Assembly: GCA_021791775.1 (NCBI GenBank)
Contig: JAJYVY010000001.1
Span: 1 to 63,879, forward strand
DNA length: 63,879 nt
Reading direction: 5' to 3'
Source: Candidatus Micrarchaeota archaeon
GTDB taxonomy: Archaea; Micrarchaeota; Micrarchaeia; Micrarchaeales; Micrarchaeaceae
The notes beneath the pieces were generated by a model, which saw only the letters and a list, made by a program, of their open reading frames with translations, was not told the origin of the DNA and made no database searches. Positions 17,183 to 26,469 of this stretch are shown here, piece after piece (position 1 is the stretch's first letter; each line of letters begins with the position of its first letter). Both the position numbers and the translations under genes were made by a program.

Positions 17183-18457
17183 ATGGCGGAAGAACTAAAC
17201 CCTTTCAAGATTGCACAGGAGCAGCTGGACGAAGCGGCAGAGATAATGAAGTTGGACAAACAGGCGCATGCGATACTTAGAGAGCCCATGCATACGCTTG
17301 TGATGAACATCCCTGTGAGGATGAGCAACGGCAAGACCCAGGTCTTTACGGCCTTCAGAGTAAGATACAATGAAGCTAGAGGGCCGGCGAAGGGAGGCAT
17401 CCGCTTCCACCCTCAGGAGAGCCTTGACACTGTGAAGGCCCTTTCTGCGTGGATGACATGGAAGTGCTCGCTAGCAGACATTCCTTTTGGAGGAGGAAAA
17501 GGCGGGGTCATATGCGATACCAAGAAGATGAACGATAAAGACATTGAGTCGTTGTCTAGGGCGTATGCAAGAGCACTTGGCGATAGCGACATGGGCCCGG
17601 AGATAGATGTGCCGGCTCCTGACGTGTACACAAATCCGCAGATAATGGCGTGGATACTTGATGAATACATGAACATCTCCAGGAAGAAGGAATGGGGGGC
17701 TATAACTGGGAAGCCTGTAGAGCTTTGGGGGAGCGCTGGAAGAACCGACTCTACGGCCAGGGGAGGAATGTATGTGATGAGAGAGGCTGCAAGAATGCTG
17801 AAGCTGAACCCAAAGAGGGCCACTATAGCGGTGCAGGGTTTCGGCAATGCTGGCAGATACGCTTACACGCTGTCGAAGGAGGTGTTCGGGGCGAAGGTCG
17901 TGGCTATCAGCGATTCTGAAGGAGGGGTCTACGACCCTGACGGCCTGGATCTAGATAAGCTGGATGAAGCTAAAAAGAAGTCAGGAAGCGTGATGTACTA
18001 CAAGAGCAAAAAGGCAAAGAAGATAACCAATGAGGAGCTTTTGGAGCTGAAGGTCGACATACTTATACCTGCCGCTATAGAGAACCAGATAAGGGCGGAT
18101 AATGCAGGCAGGGTACAATGCAAACTCCTACTGGAGCTCGCGAACGGCCCTGTCACACCCGAAGCGACTAAAATACTTTTCGAGAAGAAGATACTCGACC
18201 TGCCAGACTTCCTTGTAAACTCTGGAGGGGTTATAGGATCGTACTACGAATGGGTGCAGAACCAGAGCGGGGATTACTGGGACACTGAAGTTTTCTACTC
18301 GAAGCTCGACAAGAAGATAACGCAGTCTTTTAACGAGACCATGGCGATGCAGAAAGCCTATGCCGCGAAAGGGCAGAAGATCACTCCAAGGATGGCGGCC
18401 TATATAATCGCCGTAGACAGGGTGGCTAAGGCCATGAAGGCGCGCGGCTGGTACTGA
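17183..18457 (+). CDS. gdhA: Glutamate dehydrogenase (Glu/Leu/Phe/Val dehydrogenase family)
   Basis: GPAKGGIRFHP, the catalytic-Lys region FGGGKGG and the Rossmann motif GFGNAG are present. I placed the start at ATG 17183 (MAEELNPF), in frame with track ORF 17150. Confidence 0.93.
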   Translation: MAEELNPFKIAQEQLDEAAEIMKLDKQAHAILREPMHTLVMNIPVRMSNGKTQVFTAFRVRYNEARGPAKGGIRFHPQESLDTVKALSAWMTWKCSLADIPFGGGKGGVICDTKKMNDKDIESLSRAYARALGDSDMGPEIDVPAPDVYTNPQIMAWILDEYMNISRKKEWGAITGKPVELWGSAGRTDSTARGGMYVMREAARMLKLNPKRATIAVQGFGNAGRYAYTLSKEVFGAKVVAISDSEGGVYDPDGLDLDKLDEAKKKSGSVMYYKSKKAKKITNEELLELKVDILIPAAIENQIRADNAGRVQCKLLLELANGPVTPEATKILFEKKILDLPDFLVNSGGVIGSYYEWVQNQSGDYWDTEVFYSKLDKKITQSFNETMAMQKAYAAKGQKITPRMAAYIIAVDRVAKAMKARGWY

Positions 18458-18599
18458 TTGATGGCATGGCGATTGTGAGGGCGCTTATTGGGATTATAGA
18501 CAAATACAGACTGCTACTGAAAAGGGCTACCAAGGGAATAAGCCGAGTTGATGGAACGGCCTTGGAGATAAGATTTTCTCTCTGAGGTTCCGTCTCAGG

Positions 18600-19352
18600 T
18601 TACTTTTGAACATGTCGTGATGATTGTTCCATGCGTAGCATGCGCATGCCAGATTTTACCATGAGCTCTGCCAGTCTCGCTCTTATGAATGCTTTCTCTT
18701 CTTCTTCGTGGGCTTTCCAGTTATCTCCCTGGTGTATGTGGCTCACATTCCATATTTCGTCAGCGATTTTGGAATTTTTTCCGTACGTGTTCATTCCCTC
18801 TAAAATTTTCTCTGGCTGCAAGTCTGTGATTATTATGAAATAGAACCTGTCGCCGTATTGTTGCATGAAAAGAGGATATTTTGTGAATATATTGCTATCA
18901 AAATACTTGCGCCCCTTTGCTTCGATCAGTACCAGCTTCCCATCGACCTTAACCTTCAAAAGAAAATCCGGAGTATAGGTATACTCCCATGACCTTGGCA
19001 AATCCAAGCTAGGGATCCTGAATTTTATTGGCTCGTAGAGAAACGTTAGCTGTTCCTCTATGAGCGTGTCCCTTACAGTTTTCTCAAAGCTGGATCCATA
19101 ATGCTCGTATTCGTGGCCTTTGCCTCTAAGGAGGTTGAACAGGCTCTCAAGCGTGGTGGTGGTTGTGACTGGCGCATCTTTGCTGTCTGCAAATGCCTGC
19201 TGCTTGCGCACAGTGTCCGTACCCGTATGTTCCACCCTGCTTAATCTCATGCATAAAAGATATTTATTCTTATGTATGGTCCTTATCGGCTTGCCATAGT
19301 GGCTTATACATGAAGCTACCGCCAAACCAGCGAGAGAAAATACGCTCAGCAA
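18600..19352 (-). CDS. PD-(D/E)xK nuclease resembling phage T7 endonuclease I / TnsA N-terminal domain
   Basis: SSFEKTVRDTLIEEQLTFLYEPIKFRIP ... YTYTPDFLLKVKVDGKLVLIEAKG gives E-x39-D-x14-E-x-K. It closely parallels T7 endonuclease I as I recall it (SGLEDKVSKQLESKGIKFEYEEWKVPYVIP ... YTPDFLLPNGIFVETKG). The start is uncertain (19352, or Met35 at 19250). Confidence 0.6.
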   Translation of the reverse strand: MLSVFSLAGLAVASCISHYGKPIRTIHKNKYLLCMRLSRVEHTGTDTVRKQQAFADSKDAPVTTTTTLESLFNLLRGKGHEYEHYGSSFEKTVRDTLIEEQLTFLYEPIKFRIPSLDLPRSWEYTYTPDFLLKVKVDGKLVLIEAKGRKYFDSNIFTKYPLFMQQYGDRFYFIIITDLQPEKILEGMNTYGKNSKIADEIWNVSHIHQGDNWKAHEEEEKAFIRARLAELMVKSGMRMLRMEQSSRHVQK

Positions 19353-19373
19353 ATCAAATATGCTGCAGGGGGA

Positions 19374-20099
19374 CTAAAAGTTCACAAGCCTTGTCTGCTT
19401 TATTTCGTTCATTGTGCGCCAATGCTCCCTTATGTGCTGCCTCAGCGCCTGGCTCTTCATATTCTCCTTTATGGCATTTATAGTGTAGGAGTCTGCGGGA
19501 TATCCAGACCCTATGTCCAGGCCCAATTCCCTTGCTATCTTGTCTATCTCCCAGTCCCTCTCAACCTTGGCTATTATGCTCGCTGCTGATACGACAGGAT
19601 ATATGGAATCCGCTTTGTGCTGCGCCACAATCTTCGTGTATTTTGTACCTTTTACAGGCCTTCCGGTCATCCCGATTATCCTTGTGGGCTTTTCTGATGA
19701 AATGTTTACTCTCATCCCGAACTTCTCTGCCACTACATCTGGAGAATCTAGATAAAGGACATTTATATCATTCTTTATCGCATTGAATAGCTTTGCGAAG
19801 TGCACCGCTTCAAGCTCATTGAGCGATATTCCCCTTCTCATTGCGTCGTTTATTTCGTTTGGATTTATCTTGCTTACTTTTACATCCACGGCGATCTTCT
19901 TTATCATGTCGTAGAGGTTTTCCCTTCTCCTCCTTGTCAGCAACTTCGAGTCCCTTACCCCTATGTCCGTCAGCCTTCTTGTTGAGCTCTTCTTTATCGC
20001 GACTATAGCCACGACAAGGGGGCCCAATACGGCGCCTCTGCCTGCCTCGTCTCCCCCGCAGATTAACATCCTATCTACCGCTGACATATATCGTAACAA
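19374..20099 (-). CDS. rnhB: Ribonuclease HII
   Basis: ICGGDEAGRGAVLGPLVVA ... DSKLLT ... typical RNase HII motifs. Confidence 0.93.
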   Translation of the reverse strand: MLRYMSAVDRMLICGGDEAGRGAVLGPLVVAIVAIKKSSTRRLTDIGVRDSKLLTRRRRENLYDMIKKIAVDVKVSKINPNEINDAMRRGISLNELEAVHFAKLFNAIKNDINVLYLDSPDVVAEKFGMRVNISSEKPTRIIGMTGRPVKGTKYTKIVAQHKADSIYPVVSAASIIAKVERDWEIDKIARELGLDIGSGYPADSYTINAIKENMKSQALRQHIREHWRTMNEIKQTRLVNF

Positions 20100-20123
20100 A
20101 GGATTATAAATCTGGATTTAGAA

Positions 20124-20375
20124 TCAGAGGTCCTTTCTGTCAACGACAATGAAGTCGTTTACCGCCCTGACAGATGCATATGGCACTCTTACAGATCCTC
20201 CATCAACTTTCACCTTGCTCGCCAAACCTCCATCAACGCTCGGCTCCACAAGAATCGCATTTATCTTCCCTGTGACTTCGCTTATTTCGGCGTCGACAAA
20301 CCTTCCAAGGTCGAATCCATCGCTTGTCACAACACGTTTCCCTACCAGCTGCTTCGCAATTATGTACTTTACCAT
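20124..20375 (-). CDS. PRC-barrel domain protein
   Basis: 83 aa: LVGKRVVTSDGFDLGRFVDAEISEVTGKINAILVE. Confidence 0.7.
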   Translation of the reverse strand: MVKYIIAKQLVGKRVVTSDGFDLGRFVDAEISEVTGKINAILVEPSVDGGLASKVKVDGGSVRVPYASVRAVNDFIVVDRKDL

Positions 20376-20505
20376 AATGACACCTCTAGTCGCACTAATC
20401 TATTATATCGAAAGCTATTAATATGCTTTTGTTTTCCTATAGTTGTGGAATTAGATGAGAACTTTTGATTTCTAGAGGGATTTTTCGCAGATAACCAGTG
20501 GTTTT

Positions 20506-20880
20506 ATGGCAGAACAAGAGGCTGTGCAGAAGGGGGAGCCTGCTCAAAAGGCACAGCAACAAAAGAAAGAAGAAACGATAGTGCTGAAGGACAAGCAGGC
20601 GCGCATACTTTTGTCGCTGAAGAACTCGGACTCGGAATGGTACATATCATCGCTTGCTAAGGCGACCAATACTACATATGTGCATGCCTGCAGATTCATA
20701 GGAATGTGTGAACGGCGGGGGATAACCAGCAGCGAACGCCATGGCAAAATAAAAGTGATAAAACTTACAGAGAAAGGCCTGCAGATTGCGGAGATGGCCA
20801 CCTCGATCTATAACTTGCTAGCGCAGCCTGGAGTTTCGCAGCAGAAGACTGCGACACAGCCTAAACAACCTTCAGCGTAG
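20506..20880 (+). CDS. Small winged-helix DNA-binding protein with Q/K/E-rich N- and C-termini
   Basis: The core ARILLSLKNSDSEWYISSLAKATNTTYVHACRFIGMCERRGITSSERHGKIKVIKLTEKG has a wHTH-like pattern (helix-turn-helix plus a beta wing). Confidence 0.5.
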   Translation: MAEQEAVQKGEPAQKAQQQKKEETIVLKDKQARILLSLKNSDSEWYISSLAKATNTTYVHACRFIGMCERRGITSSERHGKIKVIKLTEKGLQIAEMATSIYNLLAQPGVSQQKTATQPKQPSA

Positions 20881-21316
20881 TTCTTTTCTTGACTGCGTTT
20901 ATAACGTGCCCATAATCCCTGTAGTGCGCTATCGCAGTCAATAGGACCGTGTATTCTCCGGGGTCCGACTTCATCCCTCCATATACTTCTACTCCCAGGT
21001 CCTTTTCTTCGTCTGCTACAAGCTCGCCAACCCTTACCTCCCTTTCTTTTGATACCCCCATCGTATCAAAGCCGAGAGTTTGCGGCAGTTCCACAACAAC
21101 AGAAGTCAGCAGCGTCTCCTTTGTCATATTCTTCAGTTTTATATTTAGGATTGTGGAGTTGTTCCTATTAGAGTAGAGGCTGTATGGGGTCCACTCCGTG
21201 GAAATCCTGAATGGCGATGGCTTCGTCAGCTCCGAACTAGCATCCTTCTTGCCGAAAAGGTTGAATATCCCCATTAGATCGCCTATGCTGCCATTTTGGC
21301 AACACCAGTAGTTCAT
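20861..21316 (-). CDS. Hypothetical protein (beta-rich, no family recognised)
   Basis: 151 aa. The start is possibly Met15 (21274, MGIFNLFGKK). Its 3' end overlaps the convergent wHTH gene by 20 nt. Confidence 0.4.
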   Translation of the reverse strand: MNYWCCQNGSIGDLMGIFNLFGKKDASSELTKPSPFRISTEWTPYSLYSNRNNSTILNIKLKNMTKETLLTSVVVELPQTLGFDTMGVSKEREVRVGELVADEEKDLGVEVYGGMKSDPGEYTVLLTAIAHYRDYGHVINAVKKRTTLKVV

Positions 21317-21417
21317 CTTATATGCTTATATATTCTTCTTTCAAATATTAAATAAGAGAAGTTAAGCCCTTGAAAAGATTGACGCAAGACCGTTGATAAA
21401 TTTTTGAGAGGCAGTTT

Positions 21418-21855
21418 ATGCCGCTGAAGCATAATATAACAAAATATGATGTTCTCGCGACAAGAATACGCAAACTTTCACTAAAGAACGGCACGACCAG
21501 TCACACACCAGAAGAAAAGGAGGCGTTGATAACTGCTGTGCTCATTGCCTCGTTTGCCTCTGGCCCATCCTGGCAGACTCACAATGCGTTGAAGGACAAT
21601 ATTTCTGCATTGAATTCAGCGGGAGTAAAAGAGGAATACAGGCAGGCCGCGGCATCAAAATGGAAATCCATATCCGCTGCCGACATAAGCGAGGTGCTCA
21701 ACAAAGGAATATCGGATGGCGCTTTCTCAACCTGGATGTACTTCAACGTCGAGCAAGAGAATCACACGGCATACAGGGACGCGTGGACGGCGCTCAACAA
21801 AGCGTTCCTTGACTCTTGCGATAACATCGAGGTTATCGACACGAAACTAGATTGA
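21418..21855 (+). CDS. Hypothetical protein
   Basis: 145 aa with protein-like composition. No motif recognised. Confidence 0.4.
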   Translation: MPLKHNITKYDVLATRIRKLSLKNGTTSHTPEEKEALITAVLIASFASGPSWQTHNALKDNISALNSAGVKEEYRQAAASKWKSISAADISEVLNKGISDGAFSTWMYFNVEQENHTAYRDAWTALNKAFLDSCDNIEVIDTKLD

Positions 21856-21988
21856 CATAATTCAGGATTACAATACAGGTTTTGTAACTAAAATGACAAA
21901 ATGATTACAAACGTGCGCCCTTTATTTCAAAATACTTTATAAGCTTTATCATAGATGTTTTTGTAGTTCTGATTATGAGGGGGAGGGA

Positions 21989-24268
21989 ATGGCGACCGGA
22001 TTTGTGATAAAAAGAAATGGACAGCAAGTGGAGTTCGATTCGCAGAAAATTGTGAATGCGGTAGGAAAGGCTTATTCTAGCGTATACATGGAAAGGCCGC
22101 AGGAAAGCAACATGGAGGAGGCGAAGAAGGCAGTAGACAAGATAGTTTCGCAGATTGGCTCAATAAACAAGCAGGAGTGGCATGTGGAAGAGATACAGGA
22201 CATGGTAGAGAAAACGCTGATGGAGACCGACGCGGCAGTGGCAAAATGCTACATATTATACAGACATAAAAGGGCGGAGGTGCGTGCTTTCAAAGCGTCG
22301 CTAGGCATAAAGGAAGACGATTTGAAGCTCCCTATAAACAGTCTCATGGTGCTTGCGGCGAGATATCTTTTGAAGGATAGTGATCTTAAAATTGCGGAAA
22401 GCCCAAGGCAGCTATTCGAGAGGGTAGCTCGGTCTGTTGCAGAAGTAGAGTTAAACTATAACAAAAGTCAGGAAGAGGTCAGCAGCATAGCAAAGGAGTA
22501 TTTTGATGCGCTTACCTCCTTCAGATTCATGCCGAACTCTCCTACGCTCATGAATGCTGGAACTGAGAATGGGCAGCTTAGCGCCTGCTTTGTCATACCT
22601 GTAGGAGACTCTATGGAAGAAATATTCGATGCAATAAAATATGCGGCTATGATACACAAGACTGGAGGGGGCACCGGCTTCGCCTTCTCAAGGCTGAGGC
22701 CGCACAACGATGTTGTGAGGTCGTCGAGCGGCATTGCATCTGGACCGATATCATTCATGAGGGTGTTCGACATCGCTACAGAGCAAGTCAAGCAAGGAGG
22801 GAAGAGGAGGGGGGCGAATATGGGCATACTGAGGATAGACCACCCCGATATTCTGGACTTCATAATGTTGAAAGAAAATGAGGGGGTGATGAGGAACTTC
22901 AACATATCAGTTGCGGTTACAGAGAAGTTCATGACCGCCTTATCGGAAAACAAGGATTACGACCTTATCAACCCAAGAAGCGGCAAGGTAGTTGGCAGGC
23001 TGAATGCCAGGGCGGTATGGAACCTTATTGTGACAATGGCGTGGAAGACAGGGGACCCGGGATTGGTGTTCCTTGACAGGATAAACTCCAGCTTTTCCAA
23101 TCCTGTGCCGAAATATGGGCCTGTAGAGTCGACGAACCCATGCGGAGAACAACCGCTCTATCCTTTCGATGCTTGCAATCTCGGCTCTATAAACCTGGCT
23201 ATGATGGTGAAGCGCACAGATCACCATTTTGAGGTGGACTGGGAGGAGCTAAGAAGGATCACAAGGCTCGGAGTGCGATTCCTTGATGATGTGATAGATG
23301 CCAACAAATACCCGCTGAAGCAGATAACGGACATTGTGAATGCGATAAGGCGGATTGGCCTGGGCGTAATGGGCTGGGCGGACATGCTCATAAAGCTCGG
23401 CATAAGGTACAACAGCAACGAGGCGCTTCTTCTGGCCGAACAGATTATGTCCTTCATATCAAACGAAGGGAGGAAGATGAGCCAGGAGCTTGCCGAAGAG
23501 AGGGGACCGTTCCCGGCATTCAAGGACAGCATATGGTATAGGCTGGGGTACAAGCCCATTAGAAATTCCACGGTTACCACAATCGCCCCTACTGGCACGA
23601 TAAGCATAATCGCAGGAGGAACTTCACAGGGAATAGAGCCGATTTTCTCTGTTGCGTATCTGAGAAACGTGCACGAGAGCCTTGGCTACAATCTTATAGA
23701 AGTGAATAACGAGTTCGAAAGGCGGGCTTTGGAGAATGGATACTATTCTGAGGAACTTATGAAGGAGCTTGCCGGAAAGGTGTCAATACAGGATGTTGAG
23801 CAGATACCACCAGAAGAAAGGAGGCTTTTCGTTACAGCTTACGACATAAGCCCGGAATGGCATGTAAAGATGCAGGCGGCTTTCCAGAAATATGTAGACA
23901 ATGGCGTGTCTAAGACTATCAACTTCCCGAGCTGGGCGACCCCGCAGGACATAGAAACCGCTTATAGACTGGCGTACGAATTGGGCTGCAGGGGGATAAC
24001 TGTGTACAGGGACAGCAGCAAGAGCACACAGGTGCTGCAATCAATAGACAAGAATGCACAGCAACGCATCGAACGCTTTGCAGAGGTCAAGAATGGCCAT
24101 AAGAATGAGGGGCCTAAGGAGATGACGGTAGCTGCCGTCAAGGAGGGCGCAGGCAGCTATGTGATCTCATCCAAATCCGAAGTAAAGTGCACAGAATGCG
24201 GCACAGGCATGATTGCTGCAGAAGGGTGCTTCACGTGCCCAAAGTGCGGAAGCAGTCTGTGCGGTTGA
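21989..24268 (+). CDS. nrdJ: Class II (adenosylcobalamin-dependent) ribonucleotide reductase with N-terminal ATP-cone and C-terminal zinc ribbon
   Basis: ATP-cone VIKRNGQQVEFDSQKIVNAV, SPTLMNAGT ... LSACFV, NPCGEQPLYPFDACNLGSINL, and C-terminal CTECG ... CPKCG. No intein is present. Confidence 0.9.
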   Translation: MATGFVIKRNGQQVEFDSQKIVNAVGKAYSSVYMERPQESNMEEAKKAVDKIVSQIGSINKQEWHVEEIQDMVEKTLMETDAAVAKCYILYRHKRAEVRAFKASLGIKEDDLKLPINSLMVLAARYLLKDSDLKIAESPRQLFERVARSVAEVELNYNKSQEEVSSIAKEYFDALTSFRFMPNSPTLMNAGTENGQLSACFVIPVGDSMEEIFDAIKYAAMIHKTGGGTGFAFSRLRPHNDVVRSSSGIASGPISFMRVFDIATEQVKQGGKRRGANMGILRIDHPDILDFIMLKENEGVMRNFNISVAVTEKFMTALSENKDYDLINPRSGKVVGRLNARAVWNLIVTMAWKTGDPGLVFLDRINSSFSNPVPKYGPVESTNPCGEQPLYPFDACNLGSINLAMMVKRTDHHFEVDWEELRRITRLGVRFLDDVIDANKYPLKQITDIVNAIRRIGLGVMGWADMLIKLGIRYNSNEALLLAEQIMSFISNEGRKMSQELAEERGPFPAFKDSIWYRLGYKPIRNSTVTTIAPTGTISIIAGGTSQGIEPIFSVAYLRNVHESLGYNLIEVNNEFERRALENGYYSEELMKELAGKVSIQDVEQIPPEERRLFVTAYDISPEWHVKMQAAFQKYVDNGVSKTINFPSWATPQDIETAYRLAYELGCRGITVYRDSSKSTQVLQSIDKNAQQRIERFAEVKNGHKNEGPKEMTVAAVKEGAGSYVISSKSEVKCTECGTGMIAAEGCFTCPKCGSSLCG

Positions 24269-24270
24269 AA

Positions 24271-25824
24271 TCAGTGCAGCAGCCCTATGAAGAGCCACGG
24301 CACAGCATTCAATATCAGTCCTGCTATTACGAGCCCTATCACGAACCTTATCGCGAATCTGCTGTTTATGTTTGTCTTATATATTCTCCACCCGTCAAAT
24401 CCAGGTATGGGAAGCAGGTTGACTATTCCTACAAGGAAGTTAAGCAGGAATGACAGCGATACAAAAGTGTAGATGAAGTACATGCCTTTGGCATAAGGGG
24501 TTGTGGCTAAGGCTTCTTTTTGATATGCAATTATGCCTATGTATCCTCTTGATGATCCATTCACAGATACAGCTGCAATGCTGTAATTTGCCACCTTTCT
24601 TGTTACGCATCCCTGTGTGGCGCAGCTTCCTGGGCTGACGATCACCCTAACTATACTGCCCGGCATGTCGTTTGCGCCGGCAAGCTCCAGGTCGGTTATG
24701 TTTGAGATGGCATGTCCGTTCCATGAAAGAATCTGCTCTCCAGCGGCGAGTATTCCGTTTGCTGGTGTGTTAGGCTGCACAGCCTGTATGAATACGCCGT
24801 TATTTTGATAGAGGTTCGGCACAACAAAATACAGCATCGCTATGGTTATGACAAAAAACACAATTGTCGCAATGAAGTTCGCGGAGATGCCGGCTGCGGA
24901 TATGTTGTTCTGCCACCGTTTGCTTAGCCGGGCTATCTCCTTCTCTTCCGGCTCCACAAATGCTCCCACAGGCACTACTCCAAATATCAGAAGCCCTATC
25001 GACTTTATCTTTGCCTTTGCCATCCTTGCTAGCACTCCGTGAGAAAATTCATGGATTATCAATATCACTATTAGGGCGGCTATGCCTGCTATGAAAGGTA
25101 TGTCAACTCCTGGGATGATCGGCGCGACTCCCGGTATCTGGCTCGTGAGCAGGGCAGTCTGGGGGGCCCCAACGTATGCGGTAACGAGGTAAAGAAGGCT
25201 GCTAGAGAGGACGTTTGCTGCGTTGAGGAGCAGTGCAGCTATGAGAAAGCCAGAAAAGCCAAATACCAGCGTAAGGAGATAAATCACATCCCCAGTAATA
25301 GACAGGTTTGAGAGCGGCGCGGTAGTGCAGGCGCTTGCCGCCAAAGAAGAGTAAGACTGGAATCCGGGCAGGCTGATGAATTGAAGGGGGAGGCCTGTGC
25401 ACGGCATTATGAAGTAAATGAATGCGCCCAGAGACAGCAAACCTATTATGAAGACCCGTTTGTCCAGCTTGTCCTTGAGAAGGAAATAAGAAAAGATTCC
25501 AAACCCCAAAACGATGCCCCATGTGGGCATGTTCTCCCAGAACCATCTTGACTTTTTCGAGATTGAGTCTATAACAGAGATGCCTTTTGTGCCTCCTATC
25601 ATGTAGAATCCATATCCGCCATGTAGCGCTCGGAGCTTTTGGATGGCCATGCCGGATATGATAAGCGTTATGATTGCTATTAGCACTTGATTTATCAGCC
25701 CAAGGAATGAAGCAAAATAGCAGAAGGCGATTATGGCGAATTCCAGTACGAATATGCCGATTGTTATTGCGTTCTTCTGAAGCGGGGTGAACCTGCTTCC
25801 CTTTTGGCTTGTTGCATTGCTCAT
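24271..25824 (-). CDS. Site-2 protease family (M50) membrane metalloprotease with PDZ-like domain
   Basis: It has the HEFSHG zinc motif in a TM helix, a PDZ-like segment (GILAAGEQILSWNGHAISNITDL) and many TM helices. Confidence 0.85.
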   Translation of the reverse strand: MSNATSQKGSRFTPLQKNAITIGIFVLEFAIIAFCYFASFLGLINQVLIAIITLIISGMAIQKLRALHGGYGFYMIGGTKGISVIDSISKKSRWFWENMPTWGIVLGFGIFSYFLLKDKLDKRVFIIGLLSLGAFIYFIMPCTGLPLQFISLPGFQSYSSLAASACTTAPLSNLSITGDVIYLLTLVFGFSGFLIAALLLNAANVLSSSLLYLVTAYVGAPQTALLTSQIPGVAPIIPGVDIPFIAGIAALIVILIIHEFSHGVLARMAKAKIKSIGLLIFGVVPVGAFVEPEEKEIARLSKRWQNNISAAGISANFIATIVFFVITIAMLYFVVPNLYQNNGVFIQAVQPNTPANGILAAGEQILSWNGHAISNITDLELAGANDMPGSIVRVIVSPGSCATQGCVTRKVANYSIAAVSVNGSSRGYIGIIAYQKEALATTPYAKGMYFIYTFVSLSFLLNFLVGIVNLLPIPGFDGWRIYKTNINSRFAIRFVIGLVIAGLILNAVPWLFIGLLH

Positions 25825-25897
25825 TATAAGTATTACTACTTATAACGTTTTATTACTTCTTTTTAGCAAGGGTTTTAAAGCCTAGTTTAGAATATGT

Positions 25898-26362
25898 TTG
25901 GATCTTGTGGCAGAAGAATGCGAACTGTGCGGAAGGCGCATGAACGAGATATATGTGGTTTCCGTAGAGGGCGCAGATCTCAGAGTCTGCTCCTCCTGCG
26001 CCGCCGGAAAGAAACTGATCTACAAAGAGATAGAGGAAACCAGAACCCCCAAAGTAGGGGATAAAACAAGGAAAAGCGGGGATGCTGAGAAGGAGCTTAT
26101 CGAAGGATATGGAAAGGCGATGCATCTCGCAAGAGACAGGATGCAGATTCCGCTGAAAGTACTGGCAGAAATGATAAATGAGAAGGAGAGCCATCTCTTG
26201 AAGGTAGAGGAGGAGAAAACCAGGCCCTCAGTAGAGCTTACAAAAAAGATAGAGAAGGCACTCAACATAAAGCTGACGGCCCAGAAAAGCGAGGATGGGC
26301 ACAGAGGCGGATTTGGGAGGGCGGAGGGTGGAGCGACCATCGGAGATTTCATGAGTGGATAA
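25898..26362 (+). CDS. Archaeal multiprotein bridging factor 1 (zinc ribbon + HTH)
   Basis: An N-terminal CELCG ... CSSC zinc ribbon is followed by a Cro/C1-type HTH (RDRMQIPLKVLAEMINEKESHLLKVE). Confidence 0.85.
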   Translation: MDLVAEECELCGRRMNEIYVVSVEGADLRVCSSCAAGKKLIYKEIEETRTPKVGDKTRKSGDAEKELIEGYGKAMHLARDRMQIPLKVLAEMINEKESHLLKVEEEKTRPSVELTKKIEKALNIKLTAQKSEDGHRGGFGRAEGGATIGDFMSG

Positions 26363-26469
26363 CCCTTCAGATTGTGGGATTTGCGCTTGCTGTTGCGGGA
26401 GAGGCGCTAATGACCATAGCATAGCACGTGGGGTTTTAAACCTTAAATTGCATTTATCTTTGGGGGAGT

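Noticed and set aside
21856-21988. Riboswitch (B12) or NrdR-box upstream of nrdJ
   Set aside because: I found only a 7-bp inverted repeat (TTTGTAA-N17-TTACAAA at about 21881-21911) and an ordinary TATA/Shine-Dalgarno arrangement. There is no B12-box-like or NrdR-box-like sequence, and the region is too short for a cobalamin riboswitch.
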